NCBI GenBank assembly: GCA_003250395.1
Contig: QKGM01000004.1
Location: 38,646-102,645 of the forward strand
DNA length: 64,000 bases
Source of the DNA: Bacteroidota bacterium
Lineage (GTDB): Bacteria; Bacteroidota; Bacteroidia; Bacteroidales; TTA-H9
Direction: 5' to 3'
Shown: one piece after another, positions 10,116 through 19,349 of the stretch
How positions within the stretch are numbered: position 1 is the stretch's first letter
Layout of the letters: each line of letters opens with the position of its first letter
Notes under the pieces: generated by a model
The model's database searches: none
The model's input: the letters and a program-made list of their open reading frames with translations, nothing else
Told to the model about the DNA's origin: nothing
Translations under genes and position numbers: made by a program

Positions 10116-10808
10116 ATGTCGTTAATACTAAGCATCGAAACCGCCACCTACATTTGTTCTGTTGCGCTAAGCGAAGGCGATCGTATCATTGCCATACGGG
10201 AAACCAATGAAAAAAATGCCCATTCCAGGCTTCTCACAGTATTTATTGATGAAATATTAAATGAAGCCGGAATAAAGGCAACCCAATTGGATGCCATCGC
10301 GGTAAGCGAAGGGCCAGGTTCCTACACAGGATTGCGGATTGGTGTATCGGCAGCCAAAGGCATTTGCTATGCTATAGGTAAGCCCTTGATTGCCATAAGT
10401 ACACTTAAGGCACTTGCTTTAGCCATGCAGTACGAATCGACCGATGGCGATCTGCTGATCCCGGCCATTGATGCCAGAAGAATGGAAATCTATACAGCTG
10501 TGTACGATACACAACTGAATGAACTCGCCGCACCGGGCCCAGTTATTGTTGATGAGTTGTTTTTCAGGAATCTTCCGGGACACAAAAGAATCATCATGGC
10601 AGGTGATGGAGTAGCCAAATGTGTCCCGATTGCAGAAGTTACAGATCATATTGTCCTTACAGGTGAGGTACACCCGTCAGCAAAAAGCATTGCCCGTCTT
10701 GCCTGGTTAAAGTTTCAGGAGAAAGATTTTGCTGACACAGCCTATTTCGAACCTTTTTACATGAAAGAGTTTCTTGCAGGTAAACCAAGTGTAAAAGGAT
10801 TACAGTAA
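10116..10808 (+). CDS. tsaB: tRNA t6A37 biosynthesis protein TsaB (YeaZ family)
   Basis: MSLILSIETATYICSVAL...GPGSYTGLRIGVSAAKG is the typical TsaB N-terminal pattern. Length is 230 aa. Confidence 0.85.
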   Translation: MSLILSIETATYICSVALSEGDRIIAIRETNEKNAHSRLLTVFIDEILNEAGIKATQLDAIAVSEGPGSYTGLRIGVSAAKGICYAIGKPLIAISTLKALALAMQYESTDGDLLIPAIDARRMEIYTAVYDTQLNELAAPGPVIVDELFFRNLPGHKRIIMAGDGVAKCVPIAEVTDHIVLTGEVHPSAKSIARLAWLKFQEKDFADTAYFEPFYMKEFLAGKPSVKGLQ

Positions 10809-10828
10809 AACCCGAATAAACAGACTTC

Positions 10829-11434
10829 ATGAATAAACTCGCCATCTTTGCTTCAGGTGCCGGCAGCAATGCCCTAAACCTTATCGAATATTTTAAAGGC
10901 CATCAATCAGTAGCCATCGATGCAGTGTACTGCAATCGTCAGGATGCCCCTGTTATCGGGAAAGCCAGGGCTGCCGGTGTTAAAGTTGTATTATTCAGTA
11001 AAAAAGATTTTCAAAGTGAGGCTTTTATCAGGGAATTAAAAGAGCGGGGTACCAACTGGATTATACTTGCAGGATTCCTGTGGCTGGTTCCCCTTTTAAT
11101 GGTAAAGACATGGCGCGGCAGGATTATCAATATCCACCCGGCACTACTACCCGACTTTGGAGGGAAGGGTATGTTCGGACATCATGTACACGAGTCAGTT
11201 ATTAAATCAGGACGAAGCCGGTCGGGTATTACAATTCACCTTGTCGACGATCATTACGATCATGGGGAGACGCTGTTTCAGGCAACCTGTCCCGTAATGA
11301 AGGATGATACTTCAGAAACCCTTGCTTCCCGTATTCACCTTTTAGAGCACAAGTGGTTTCCTGTTGTCATAGAAAGGTATATCGAAAGAGGGTCTGTTGA
11401 TTTCTCACAAGCCGATGTCGACGCATCATTATAA
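10829..11434 (+). CDS. purN: Phosphoribosylglycinamide formyltransferase
   Basis: IFASGAGSN...INIHPALLP.FGG.GM.G..VHE.V...G...SG.T.H.V...D.G motifs. Length is 201 aa. Confidence 0.9.
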   Translation: MNKLAIFASGAGSNALNLIEYFKGHQSVAIDAVYCNRQDAPVIGKARAAGVKVVLFSKKDFQSEAFIRELKERGTNWIILAGFLWLVPLLMVKTWRGRIINIHPALLPDFGGKGMFGHHVHESVIKSGRSRSGITIHLVDDHYDHGETLFQATCPVMKDDTSETLASRIHLLEHKWFPVVIERYIERGSVDFSQADVDASL

Positions 11435-12416
11435 TATTCCCATATTTGTTCCCGAAGAGGGTTGTCCGCACAGGTGTATCTTCTGCAACCAGTTTGGTAT
11501 AACCAATACCTCTTCACCACCCGCCCCGGATGAGGTTCCTGCCATCGTTATGCAATGGAGAAGTCGTTTCAGAAAAGAGGGGGCACGAATTGAACTGGCT
11601 TTCTTCGGAGGCAGCTTCACAGGTATAGCTCCAGAGAAACAGGAAGAATACCTTAAACAGGCATTGAGGTTGAAACGGGAGGGGAGCATCCATGCGATCC
11701 GGCTGAGCACCCGACCCGACTATATTGATTACGGATGTATAGAAAGATTACAACGCTATGAAGTGAGTACCGTTGAACTGGGAGCCCAGTCGATGGATGA
11801 CACTGTACTCAGGGCAGCAGGACGTGGCCATACGGCAGCACAGGTAATCCAGGCAACAAATCTTTTACAGGCGGCAGGGATCAGCGTAATACTCCAAATG
11901 ATGACAGGGCTGCCAGATGATACACCCGAAAAATCCATCCGCACCGCTCATGAGATCATCTCTCTGAAACCTGACGGTACGAGGATATACCCCTGTCTGG
12001 TTATGAAGGGCTCTCCCCTTGAACTGCAGTTCAGAGAGGGGAAATTTAAACCTCAAACGCTTAACGAGGCTGTGGTATTGGCGGCAACATTATCTGAAAT
12101 CTTTGAGGAAAGGGGTGTGAAAGTGCTGCGTGTCGGGCTCCACCCTTCAGCTGCGGATGAAGTAATTGCAGGTCCATACCATCCTTCATTCAGTGAACTG
12201 GTTTCCACTGAAAAATGGGGCAGACGGCTAATGCAAAAAATAAACCTGAATAGTCCCCACAAGAGAATTGCTATTTATTGCACACCGAAACAGATCAACT
12301 CGGTAGCCGGATTCAATGGTTATAATCGTAAGCTTCTGGAAGGTTATTTTGAACAGATCAGATTCTATCCTGATCCACTTTTAACAGATTCGATGCTGTA
12401 TGTTGATTATCTGTGA
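11415..12416 (+). CDS. Radical SAM protein (ELP3-like core, no acetyltransferase domain)
   Basis: IPIFVPEEGCPHRCIFCNQ carries a CxxxCxxC cluster at the extreme N-terminus. The start is set to ATG 11415, overlapping the purN stop by 20 nt. Confidence 0.8.
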   Translation: MSTHHYNIPIFVPEEGCPHRCIFCNQFGITNTSSPPAPDEVPAIVMQWRSRFRKEGARIELAFFGGSFTGIAPEKQEEYLKQALRLKREGSIHAIRLSTRPDYIDYGCIERLQRYEVSTVELGAQSMDDTVLRAAGRGHTAAQVIQATNLLQAAGISVILQMMTGLPDDTPEKSIRTAHEIISLKPDGTRIYPCLVMKGSPLELQFREGKFKPQTLNEAVVLAATLSEIFEERGVKVLRVGLHPSAADEVIAGPYHPSFSELVSTEKWGRRLMQKINLNSPHKRIAIYCTPKQINSVAGFNGYNRKLLEGYFEQIRFYPDPLLTDSMLYVDYL

Positions 12417-13116
12417 CAACCGTTTACCAGCTTCGATGAAACTTGCTCTTGAGGCCATAGGAGAAGTAGTGTGGTTTCAGGGACCCGATGTTTACAACGC
12501 CATCAGCGGTCATCCCGATATCTTCCTGTGTCAGATATACCCACAAATTGTAGTAGCTCCCAATACACCTAAAGAGGTAGTGCTCGGATTCAAGCAACAT
12601 GCCATACCATTTATAACCGGAGAAAAGCCGGCAGGGTATTCCTATCCCGACACAGCGCGTTACAATGCTTTGGCAGCAAATGGGTTATTTATCCATAACC
12701 TGTCGCACACCGATCCGGTTTTGCTGAATGCGACCGGTAATCTTAAGCTCATACATGTCAGGCAGGGTTATGTGAGATGCAATCTTCTGCCTCTCCCCGA
12801 TGGATCTTTCATCACTTCAGACTGGGGTATTCATAAAGCACTCACTTCCATCGGAACTGAAGTATATCATATTAGCCCGGAAGGGATAAAACTGGAAGGA
12901 TTTAACCATGGTTTTATCGGAGGCACTGCCGGGTGGAATGGTAACATATTAGTGTTTGCAGGTCATCCGGGCTACCTGAAGGAAGGTGAGCAACTAATGT
13001 TGTTATTACATCAGAAAAATATCTCATGGATATCATTGAGCGATGAACCTCTTTGGGATGCAGGCGGGCTTTTCTTTTTCGGGAGACAATGGCAGACGAA
13101 TCCAACGCATGTATAG
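12400..13116 (+). CDS. Conserved hypothetical protein, translationally coupled to the radical SAM gene
   Basis: 238-aa ORF whose ATG lies 17 nt inside the preceding gene. I recognised no family. Motifs HPDIFLC, GYVRCN and GFIGGTAG are noted. Confidence 0.55.
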   Translation: MLIICDNRLPASMKLALEAIGEVVWFQGPDVYNAISGHPDIFLCQIYPQIVVAPNTPKEVVLGFKQHAIPFITGEKPAGYSYPDTARYNALAANGLFIHNLSHTDPVLLNATGNLKLIHVRQGYVRCNLLPLPDGSFITSDWGIHKALTSIGTEVYHISPEGIKLEGFNHGFIGGTAGWNGNILVFAGHPGYLKEGEQLMLLLHQKNISWISLSDEPLWDAGGLFFFGRQWQTNPTHV

Positions 13117-13314
13117 GAAGGCTGATCAATAAGATCCTCCTATTCCATCAGCCAATTAACCTAAGCCTGGCAAACCGAAAGGGTCGGTTACTGGCGATCA
13201 ATCCGGGAATGATATCTCAGACGGCATCAGTCCTTGTTGCTGGCATTTGTTTGTCGCGTGATTTTATACTCCCTGACAGATGCCACCAGTAAAACTTTCC
13301 TTTACCTTTGCCTC

Positions 13315-14322
13315 ATGATACTTGTTACAGGTGGAACTGGCCTTTTGGGGGCACATTTATTACTCGAACTGACCCAACATGGGAATCATGTTAGGGCACT
13401 ACGTCGGGTTGGCTCCAGTCTACACGTTGTGGACTCTGTATTCGCCACTTCAACGGGTAATTCCGGTTTGCTGTCGATGATTGAATGGGTAGAAGGGGAT
13501 ATTCTGGATATTGAATCCCTCCTCCATGCGATGTCAGATATTGAACAGGTTTATCATTGTGCAGCCCTCGTTTCATTTGCCGCTGAAGACAGGCAAAGAT
13601 TATTACAGATCAATGTTGAAGGAACTTCCAATATGGTGAATGCAGCCATTAATGCTGGTGTGCGGCATTTTGTATACGTGAGCTCCATAGCCACATTGGG
13701 AAATACCCTAAACGGTGATCCTATATCTGAAGGTTCACCCTGGGAATCCCATCCAAAAGGATCGGCCTACAGCATATCGAAACATTCAGCGGAACGTGAA
13801 GTGTGGCGAGGAATGGCTGAAGGTCTCAGGGCAGTTATTGTTAATCCGTCGGTTATACTTGGCCCCGGAGATTGGTCGAAAGGAAGCAGTGAACTCTTCA
13901 CAGCCGTTTGGAATGGATTAAAATATACAACAACAGGAGTTAACGGGTATGTTGATGTAAGGGATGTCGCCAGAGCAATGGTAAGTCTCGCCAATGCCGG
14001 AATTACTAATGAAAGGTTTGTTATAAATGGTGCGAATGTTTCCTACAAGGAGCTTTTTGATGCAATAGCACAAAGCATAGGTAAGCCCGCTCCGACGACG
14101 ATGGTAACCCCCCTGGCCGGAGAACTGGCCTGGAGATTGTTCGCGATTAAATCAAAACTTTCGGGGAAAAAACCATTGATCACAAAAGAAACAGCAAGAT
14201 CAGCCCAGAAACGATATAGTTACTCCTCTCAGAAACTTATACAACGGATTGGTTTCAATTTTACCCCCTTTAAAGAGACAATCGAGTATGTATCGGGTCA
14301 ATTTCTAAAAAAGAATCATTAA
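13315..14322 (+). CDS. NAD-dependent epimerase/dehydratase (extended SDR)
   Basis: MILVTGGTGLLGAHL Rossmann motif and YSISK (YxxxK). The start is set to ATG 13315. Confidence 0.8.
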   Translation: MILVTGGTGLLGAHLLLELTQHGNHVRALRRVGSSLHVVDSVFATSTGNSGLLSMIEWVEGDILDIESLLHAMSDIEQVYHCAALVSFAAEDRQRLLQINVEGTSNMVNAAINAGVRHFVYVSSIATLGNTLNGDPISEGSPWESHPKGSAYSISKHSAEREVWRGMAEGLRAVIVNPSVILGPGDWSKGSSELFTAVWNGLKYTTTGVNGYVDVRDVARAMVSLANAGITNERFVINGANVSYKELFDAIAQSIGKPAPTTMVTPLAGELAWRLFAIKSKLSGKKPLITKETARSAQKRYSYSSQKLIQRIGFNFTPFKETIEYVSGQFLKKNH

Positions 14323-14336
14323 TAACCTTTCTGCTA

Positions 14337-15155
14337 TTATCTTACCGACGCTACACGATCACGCCATTCAGGGGTCAGAAAAGGTAAAAGCTCATTAGTC
14401 GGGATAAGAAGTTCTGTTGTTCCAAAAGCATAGGGTGCAACCTCATACTGATTATAAAGGAGATACAGTCCATTTGGAGTAAGCGCCATATTCTGAGGTA
14501 ACTGGAATCCATCATCAAACCAAAACCCATTATAGCTCCATGAGGCAGTATCTGATAGTTCATGAACCTGTCGGAAAGACATCTCAACCTTCTTAAGAAA
14601 TGACTCTTGTTGATTTTTATTTACAATTTGCCTTATATCGATGGGGCTGCCTGTAGTCAGATCAAAGGTTTTCAACCAGATTCTCGTATTGGGATGAGCA
14701 CCACCCATATAGCTAAAATCGAGTGCACTCAAACTAAATAAACCAGCATTATTTAATAACGGCTCAACCTTTCGGCTAATTGACCAACCCTGGCATGGTC
14801 CCTCATAATAATTCATCGCATTATGCCAGGTCCCGGCAAAGTAACTGAAAAGAGAATCGGGATCGGCTTCCAGAATACCAATACTGTCGGTAGCAAATAC
14901 AAACTGGTCGATGTACGCTCTAACCGAATCAGCCAAAAGACCATTAGGTAACGATTCCAGCCTGAAAGATAAGATATCGATGGTTATTGAATCAGAGTTG
15001 ATATCTCCGCACACTCTTTCAGATTTATGGTATAATTCAGTTGCAATTTTTATCGGGGGAATAATATTGCTGTTTCCTGAATTAAATTCACTGCATCCCG
15101 TAAATAAAAACACAGATAATACAGATGCAATAACACCGAAAAAAGTATTCTTCAT
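14337..15155 (-). CDS. DUF3298/DUF4163-like lipoprotein
   Basis: Lipoprotein signal (..LFTGCSEF), with FSYMGGAHPNT and YEVAPYAFGTTELLIP characteristic of DUF3298. The start is set to ATG 15155. Confidence 0.75.
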   Translation of the reverse strand: MKNTFFGVIASVLSVFLFTGCSEFNSGNSNIIPPIKIATELYHKSERVCGDINSDSITIDILSFRLESLPNGLLADSVRAYIDQFVFATDSIGILEADPDSLFSYFAGTWHNAMNYYEGPCQGWSISRKVEPLLNNAGLFSLSALDFSYMGGAHPNTRIWLKTFDLTTGSPIDIRQIVNKNQQESFLKKVEMSFRQVHELSDTASWSYNGFWFDDGFQLPQNMALTPNGLYLLYNQYEVAPYAFGTTELLIPTNELLPFLTPEWRDRVASVR

Positions 15156-15246
15156 GGCTAAAAGTAATAGTATAGGAAATGTAAAAATACAAAACCTCTG
15201 CCCTGGAGGCAGAGGTTTTGGAAACATATTATGGAAATATTAAAGA

Positions 15247-17559
15247 CTAATCCACCACCAGGCGAATCGTGTTGGTAGAATGTCCATCAGAAATCATAAC
15301 ATGGTAGACACCGCAACCAAATTGAGAAAGGTCGACATTTAAAACTTCTCCGGCATTCAATTCAAACTCCTTAACCTGCTGTCCTGCAAGATTAAAGATT
15401 CTTGCAGTAGTTTTTCCATCACCTGTATTTTCAACTTTAACAAAATCGTGAGTAGGATTAGGATATATGCGGAACTGTCCGTTTTCAGGATTTTCAACTC
15501 CGACAAAATTTTCAACTGCAATAGTATGAGCCTCTGAGAAGCTTGATGTTCCACATTCGTTAACGGCTTTTACCGTAATAAGCGCGTTATCATTGAACCA
15601 AACATTACCCCAAACGGCATTACCCGTGGTAGTATCCCCCAACATCAAACCAGCGGTTGCCGGTTCAATATTCCACTCATAGGTCTCAGCATAAGTAACG
15701 GCAGAGGTTGTAAAAGGAGTTTGCATACCAGGTGTAGCAATAACTTCGGTTGGTCCTGTTGGTGTTGTCGGAATTGCCGGGACTGCTTTCACTACCACAT
15801 TAGCGGAACCAATCATGTTAGCTTCACAACCATTTCCTGACCCTTTCACGGTATACGTTCCTCCGGTAGTCTGATTACCAAAACTGATCGCATTTCCCGT
15901 ACCGACAACCGGTGATCCGGTTACAACACCATTCAGATACAATGAATAGCTTAATCCACTCTCTGAATCATCGAGGCCAACAGGTACTCCATTAGTCCCT
16001 TCGCATGATGTTCCACCGCCAGTAACTGAAAAAGCTACAGGCCCCGGATTAACTGTGACAATAATTGGATTACTGGAAGGACCTTCGCATCCACCATTTA
16101 ACCCCTTAACGGTAATAGTAGCTGTACCACTGAATGCTGGATCCCAATCAACTGTACCAGTCGTCCAGAAAGTGGTAATGGTTCCTGCAGATGCAGGAGA
16201 AATCTCCCATAAATATCCAGAAACATTTGAAGCTCCGGTTGTAGAATACTCAGTATCCGGAGCATCCATACATAAGGAAGTAGGTCCTGTAGGTGTATCA
16301 GCCTGGGATGGTTCTGAATCTATGGAAATTGAAAGTGCTGGACTCCACAACCCGGGGCCACAATCGTTAACACCTCTTACCTTTAAAGTAGCAATACCTA
16401 AGAAACTCGGATCCCAGTCGATGACGGCATTATTGGTTCCGGGAGTGAGTGTCCCTGCTGTAGCAGGTGTAAGCACCCATTCATATGTAGATGCTGTATT
16501 TATTACCGAAACAGAATATGATGAATTGGGGGAATTCTGACACATTCCTGTGGATCCAAATATAGTCCCGGCAGCAGGGGGAGCAGCTGTGACATGAATA
16601 AAATCTGATTTAACTTCCTTGTTCCCCTGACTGGAATTCCAGGCGGTAAGGATAACATCATAATTACCCGGTGTTGAATATGTTACTGAAGGGTTTTGTA
16701 GTGTTGATGTAGTAGGATTCCCTCCAGGAAACTCCCAGCTCCAGTTGGTTGCACCGGTAGACTGATCCGTAAAGGAAATGGTTTCCGGACCACAAAAAGT
16801 AGTCTGGTTAGCAGTAAAATTCACTGGAAGCGGAGCAGGCAAGGCAGTCAGAGGTACTTTACTTCCCTGTAAGATTTCTTTTGTGGTATTATCCTGAATA
16901 AAGGCTACCAATTCACAGTTAGCTGCCACCCACGCCGGATCTTTGGTAAAAGCAAGGTTAATAAATTGAAAATTACCATTTGCGAAACTAATAGGTGTTC
17001 CATTATGATCAGGAGCCATTAACCGTTCAACATAGTTTAACTCTGTCATACCTTGCCATGACTGAGATATTTCAGACTCTGTAAGCACAAGGTGAACAAC
17101 CAGATTGGTTCCCGAATAATCGGCTACCTTATTAATATTCAATGTAACATTATAATCATTGCCAGACGAGGTACCTGTAACTCCAACAGTAAAAGACGAG
17201 AGTACAGCATTGCGGGCATCAACAAGAGGAATATAATCGGGATATTTACTTACCGTATGGCTCCCTCCAACTTCAGTAAGAGTACCATCAAAATTTGCTG
17301 TCGGATACCCTGTTAGGTTATAATAATTGTTACGCGCATCTGATGCCGTATTGGTATAAGAATCGCCGTTATGGTATTCAACTACAGCTACATTGTAACC
17401 GTTGGCAATGAGATCATCAGCTCCCATTGCAGCACCAGGACAATACTGACACCAGGTTCCTGTTCCGATTTCAAGAACAACCATTTGTCGAGGAACTTGT
17501 TGGGCAATAGTCCAACTAAAAAATGAAAAAGCAAAGATTAAAAGTGAAAGTTTTCGCAT
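15247..17559 (-). CDS. T9SS cargo with an N-terminal thioredoxin-like CxxC domain (WCQYCP), a PKD domain and four PKD-like Cys-containing modules
   Basis: The N-terminus QQVPRQMVVLEIGTGTWCQYCPGAAMGADDL is about 70 percent identical by eye to the neighbour at 17739-19214. It has a PKD-type block (FCGPETISFTDQSTGATNWSWEFPGGNP) and the CTD RIYPNPTHDFVKV. The start at ATG 17559 lies downstream of the terminator hairpin at 17605-17646. Confidence 0.8.
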   Translation of the reverse strand: MRKLSLLIFAFSFFSWTIAQQVPRQMVVLEIGTGTWCQYCPGAAMGADDLIANGYNVAVVEYHNGDSYTNTASDARNNYYNLTGYPTANFDGTLTEVGGSHTVSKYPDYIPLVDARNAVLSSFTVGVTGTSSGNDYNVTLNINKVADYSGTNLVVHLVLTESEISQSWQGMTELNYVERLMAPDHNGTPISFANGNFQFINLAFTKDPAWVAANCELVAFIQDNTTKEILQGSKVPLTALPAPLPVNFTANQTTFCGPETISFTDQSTGATNWSWEFPGGNPTTSTLQNPSVTYSTPGNYDVILTAWNSSQGNKEVKSDFIHVTAAPPAAGTIFGSTGMCQNSPNSSYSVSVINTASTYEWVLTPATAGTLTPGTNNAVIDWDPSFLGIATLKVRGVNDCGPGLWSPALSISIDSEPSQADTPTGPTSLCMDAPDTEYSTTGASNVSGYLWEISPASAGTITTFWTTGTVDWDPAFSGTATITVKGLNGGCEGPSSNPIIVTVNPGPVAFSVTGGGTSCEGTNGVPVGLDDSESGLSYSLYLNGVVTGSPVVGTGNAISFGNQTTGGTYTVKGSGNGCEANMIGSANVVVKAVPAIPTTPTGPTEVIATPGMQTPFTTSAVTYAETYEWNIEPATAGLMLGDTTTGNAVWGNVWFNDNALITVKAVNECGTSSFSEAHTIAVENFVGVENPENGQFRIYPNPTHDFVKVENTGDGKTTARIFNLAGQQVKEFELNAGEVLNVDLSQFGCGVYHVMISDGHSTNTIRLVVD

Positions 17560-17588
17560 ATTGTAAATGGTTAAAAATAATAATTGGT

Positions 17589-17596
17589 CAAAGGTA
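17589..17596 (-). promoter_or_regulatory. Candidate -7 box (TAccTTTG) for the 15247-17559 gene
   Basis: Exact TAnnTTTG on the minus strand, 29 nt upstream of ATG 17559. Confidence 0.4.
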
Positions 17597-17646
17597 AAAA
17601 AGGAAGGGTTCGGTTCGACCAATTTCGAATAGCCAAACCGAACCCT
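17595..17646 (-). terminator. Rho-independent terminator after the 17739-19214 gene
   Basis: On the minus strand, agggttcggtt..loop..aaccgaaccct (11-bp stem) is followed by tccttttttacc. Confidence 0.6.
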
Positions 17647-17738
17647 ATTTAATCAGGGAGTTGTATAGATATCATTACAACATATTACATTTCACATTAA
17701 CAATTCGTTATGAAAATACGTTGTAGAGTCAAAAAATA

Positions 17739-19214
17739 CTATCTATTGATAACAAACCTTTTTACAATTATCTTCTCTCCTGTTTCAATCCTAAGCACAT
17801 AAACCCCATTACTCAAACTTCTGACATTGAGGATTTGGTTATAGGTTGAGAAAGAACCTTTCATTACCTCGCTACCATTAGCAGAGGTAATAGTATAATT
17901 GGATAAACCATCCTCCTTACGTTGGATAGTAAGTATATCCTGAACGGGGTTTGGATAAATAGCTACTTCTTTGGTATTTATATTACCAACTGATGTACAG
18001 GGATCAAAATACAAATTCTGAGTTTTTGAAATAACACAGCCTTGCTCTGAGGTAACGGTAACCGTAAAAGTATGTTCACCAACCCCATAAACATTGCCAT
18101 CGGCTACAAGTTCAGCAGTCGTAATATCACCAGGCTGCCAGAGATAAGAAGAAGCTGCAGGAGTAGTAGCATCCAACGAAACACTTCCTGTTACGCAAAC
18201 AGTATCATTCGGAGTAACAACCATATTCACAGTGGTCATATCGCCAACTGATATATAAGCTTCTTTACCTATTGAATCAATCTGACCACCACGATCAACA
18301 ACAAGACTTACATCAAATGCTCCGCACTGATTATAAGTAACCGTAGGATTTTCATCGGTTGATGTTGCTGGATCTCCGCCGGGGAAATACCATTTATATG
18401 TCTCAGGGGCATGCATATATCCACCAGAAGTACTATTGGTAAAAGACACGGAATTGTTAAGACTTACTTGGGTTGATGCAGCTGTAAAATCAGCGGTCAG
18501 ATCAATTGCTGCCTGTTTTATTCCCCCTAACATCTCTTTGTTGGTTGCTTGTATAGCAGCAACAAACTCAACATCTTCAACAGGTACAGCAGAATTCATT
18601 GTAAAGTTAAGTGTAACAATAACCTGATTTGTTCCTGTGAAATCAAGTATCGTTCCGTTTTGATCCGGTACCATTAAACGGTTCACAAAATTCAATTCCG
18701 TTTGTCCTTGCCAGTTTTGAGCAATGTTTGATTGGGTTACAAAAAACTGCAATTTTGATCCACTCGGAGCAGAAGTACCAAGGTAGTCAATTGTAATGAC
18801 AGCCGTATAATCCAAGTCAACATTAGTGACAACCATATCCATAATGAAATCAGTCGGAATGGCTATCCGTTGGTTATACTTTGGCAAATAGTTGGAATAC
18901 ATACTTTGTGTATGTGAACCACCAGATACTTTCAGAACACCGTCAAAAATGGCAGTCGGGTAACCTGTCAAAGCATAGAAAGAATTTCTCGAGTTGCTGT
19001 ATTGATTAGCATATGAGTCACCATTATGGTTTTCAACGACGGCGACATGACAACCGTTCTCAACTAAATCATCAGCCCCCATTGCTGCTCCAGGGCAATA
19101 TTGACACCAGGTACCTGTTCCAATTTCAAGAATGACCATTTCTCGTGGCACCTGCTGGGCAATTAATGAAAAGGACATAAAAAGTCCGGCGAATAATAGA
19201 TAAATGTGTTTCAT
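17739..19214 (-). CDS. T9SS cargo with an N-terminal thioredoxin-like CxxC domain (paralogue of 15247-17559)
   Basis: QQVPREMVILEIGTGTWCQYCPGAAMGADDL, a PKD-type block (YKWYFPGGDPATSTDENPTVTY) and the CTD AIYPNPVQDILTIQ...GVYVLRI. Confidence 0.8.
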   Translation of the reverse strand: MKHIYLLFAGLFMSFSLIAQQVPREMVILEIGTGTWCQYCPGAAMGADDLVENGCHVAVVENHNGDSYANQYSNSRNSFYALTGYPTAIFDGVLKVSGGSHTQSMYSNYLPKYNQRIAIPTDFIMDMVVTNVDLDYTAVITIDYLGTSAPSGSKLQFFVTQSNIAQNWQGQTELNFVNRLMVPDQNGTILDFTGTNQVIVTLNFTMNSAVPVEDVEFVAAIQATNKEMLGGIKQAAIDLTADFTAASTQVSLNNSVSFTNSTSGGYMHAPETYKWYFPGGDPATSTDENPTVTYNQCGAFDVSLVVDRGGQIDSIGKEAYISVGDMTTVNMVVTPNDTVCVTGSVSLDATTPAASSYLWQPGDITTAELVADGNVYGVGEHTFTVTVTSEQGCVISKTQNLYFDPCTSVGNINTKEVAIYPNPVQDILTIQRKEDGLSNYTITSANGSEVMKGSFSTYNQILNVRSLSNGVYVLRIETGEKIIVKRFVINR

Positions 19215-19249
19215 GGCTTGTTTATTACGAATAAGTTAAAATTCCGAAC

Positions 19250-19257
19250 CAAAGATA
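19250..19257 (-). promoter_or_regulatory. Candidate -7 box (TAtcTTTG) for the 17739-19214 gene
   Basis: Exact TAnnTTTG on the minus strand, 36 nt upstream of ATG 19214, with a TTTG about 22 nt further upstream. Confidence 0.45.
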
Positions 19258-19282
19258 TACAAAACTATATATACAAATACAA

Positions 19283-19313
19283 ACCGCCTGGTTTTTTATC
19301 AAAACCAGGCGGT
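19283..19313 (-). terminator. Hairpin terminator after the C25 peptidase gene
   Basis: accgcctggtt / aaccaggcggt 11-bp stem, with a T-rich tract (ttgtatttg) following on the minus strand. Confidence 0.5.
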
Positions 19314-19349
19314 AAAGTATCACAACTAAAAAATTTATGTAATCAAAAT

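Noticed and set aside
16055-16540. Long antisense ORFs inside the T9SS cargo genes (this one, and also 20413..20616, 21280..21801, 37133..37483, 49054..49299 and others)
   Set aside because: They are shadows of Gly/Thr/Ser/Pro-rich genes on the opposite strand. They lack starts with promoter context and have no recognisable motifs.
17605-17646. ggttcgacc / ggttcgaa-like string that could suggest a tRNA T-arm
   Set aside because: No cloverleaf can be drawn. The sequence is a simple 11-bp hairpin followed by a T-run on the minus strand, that is a terminator between the two paralogous T9SS genes.
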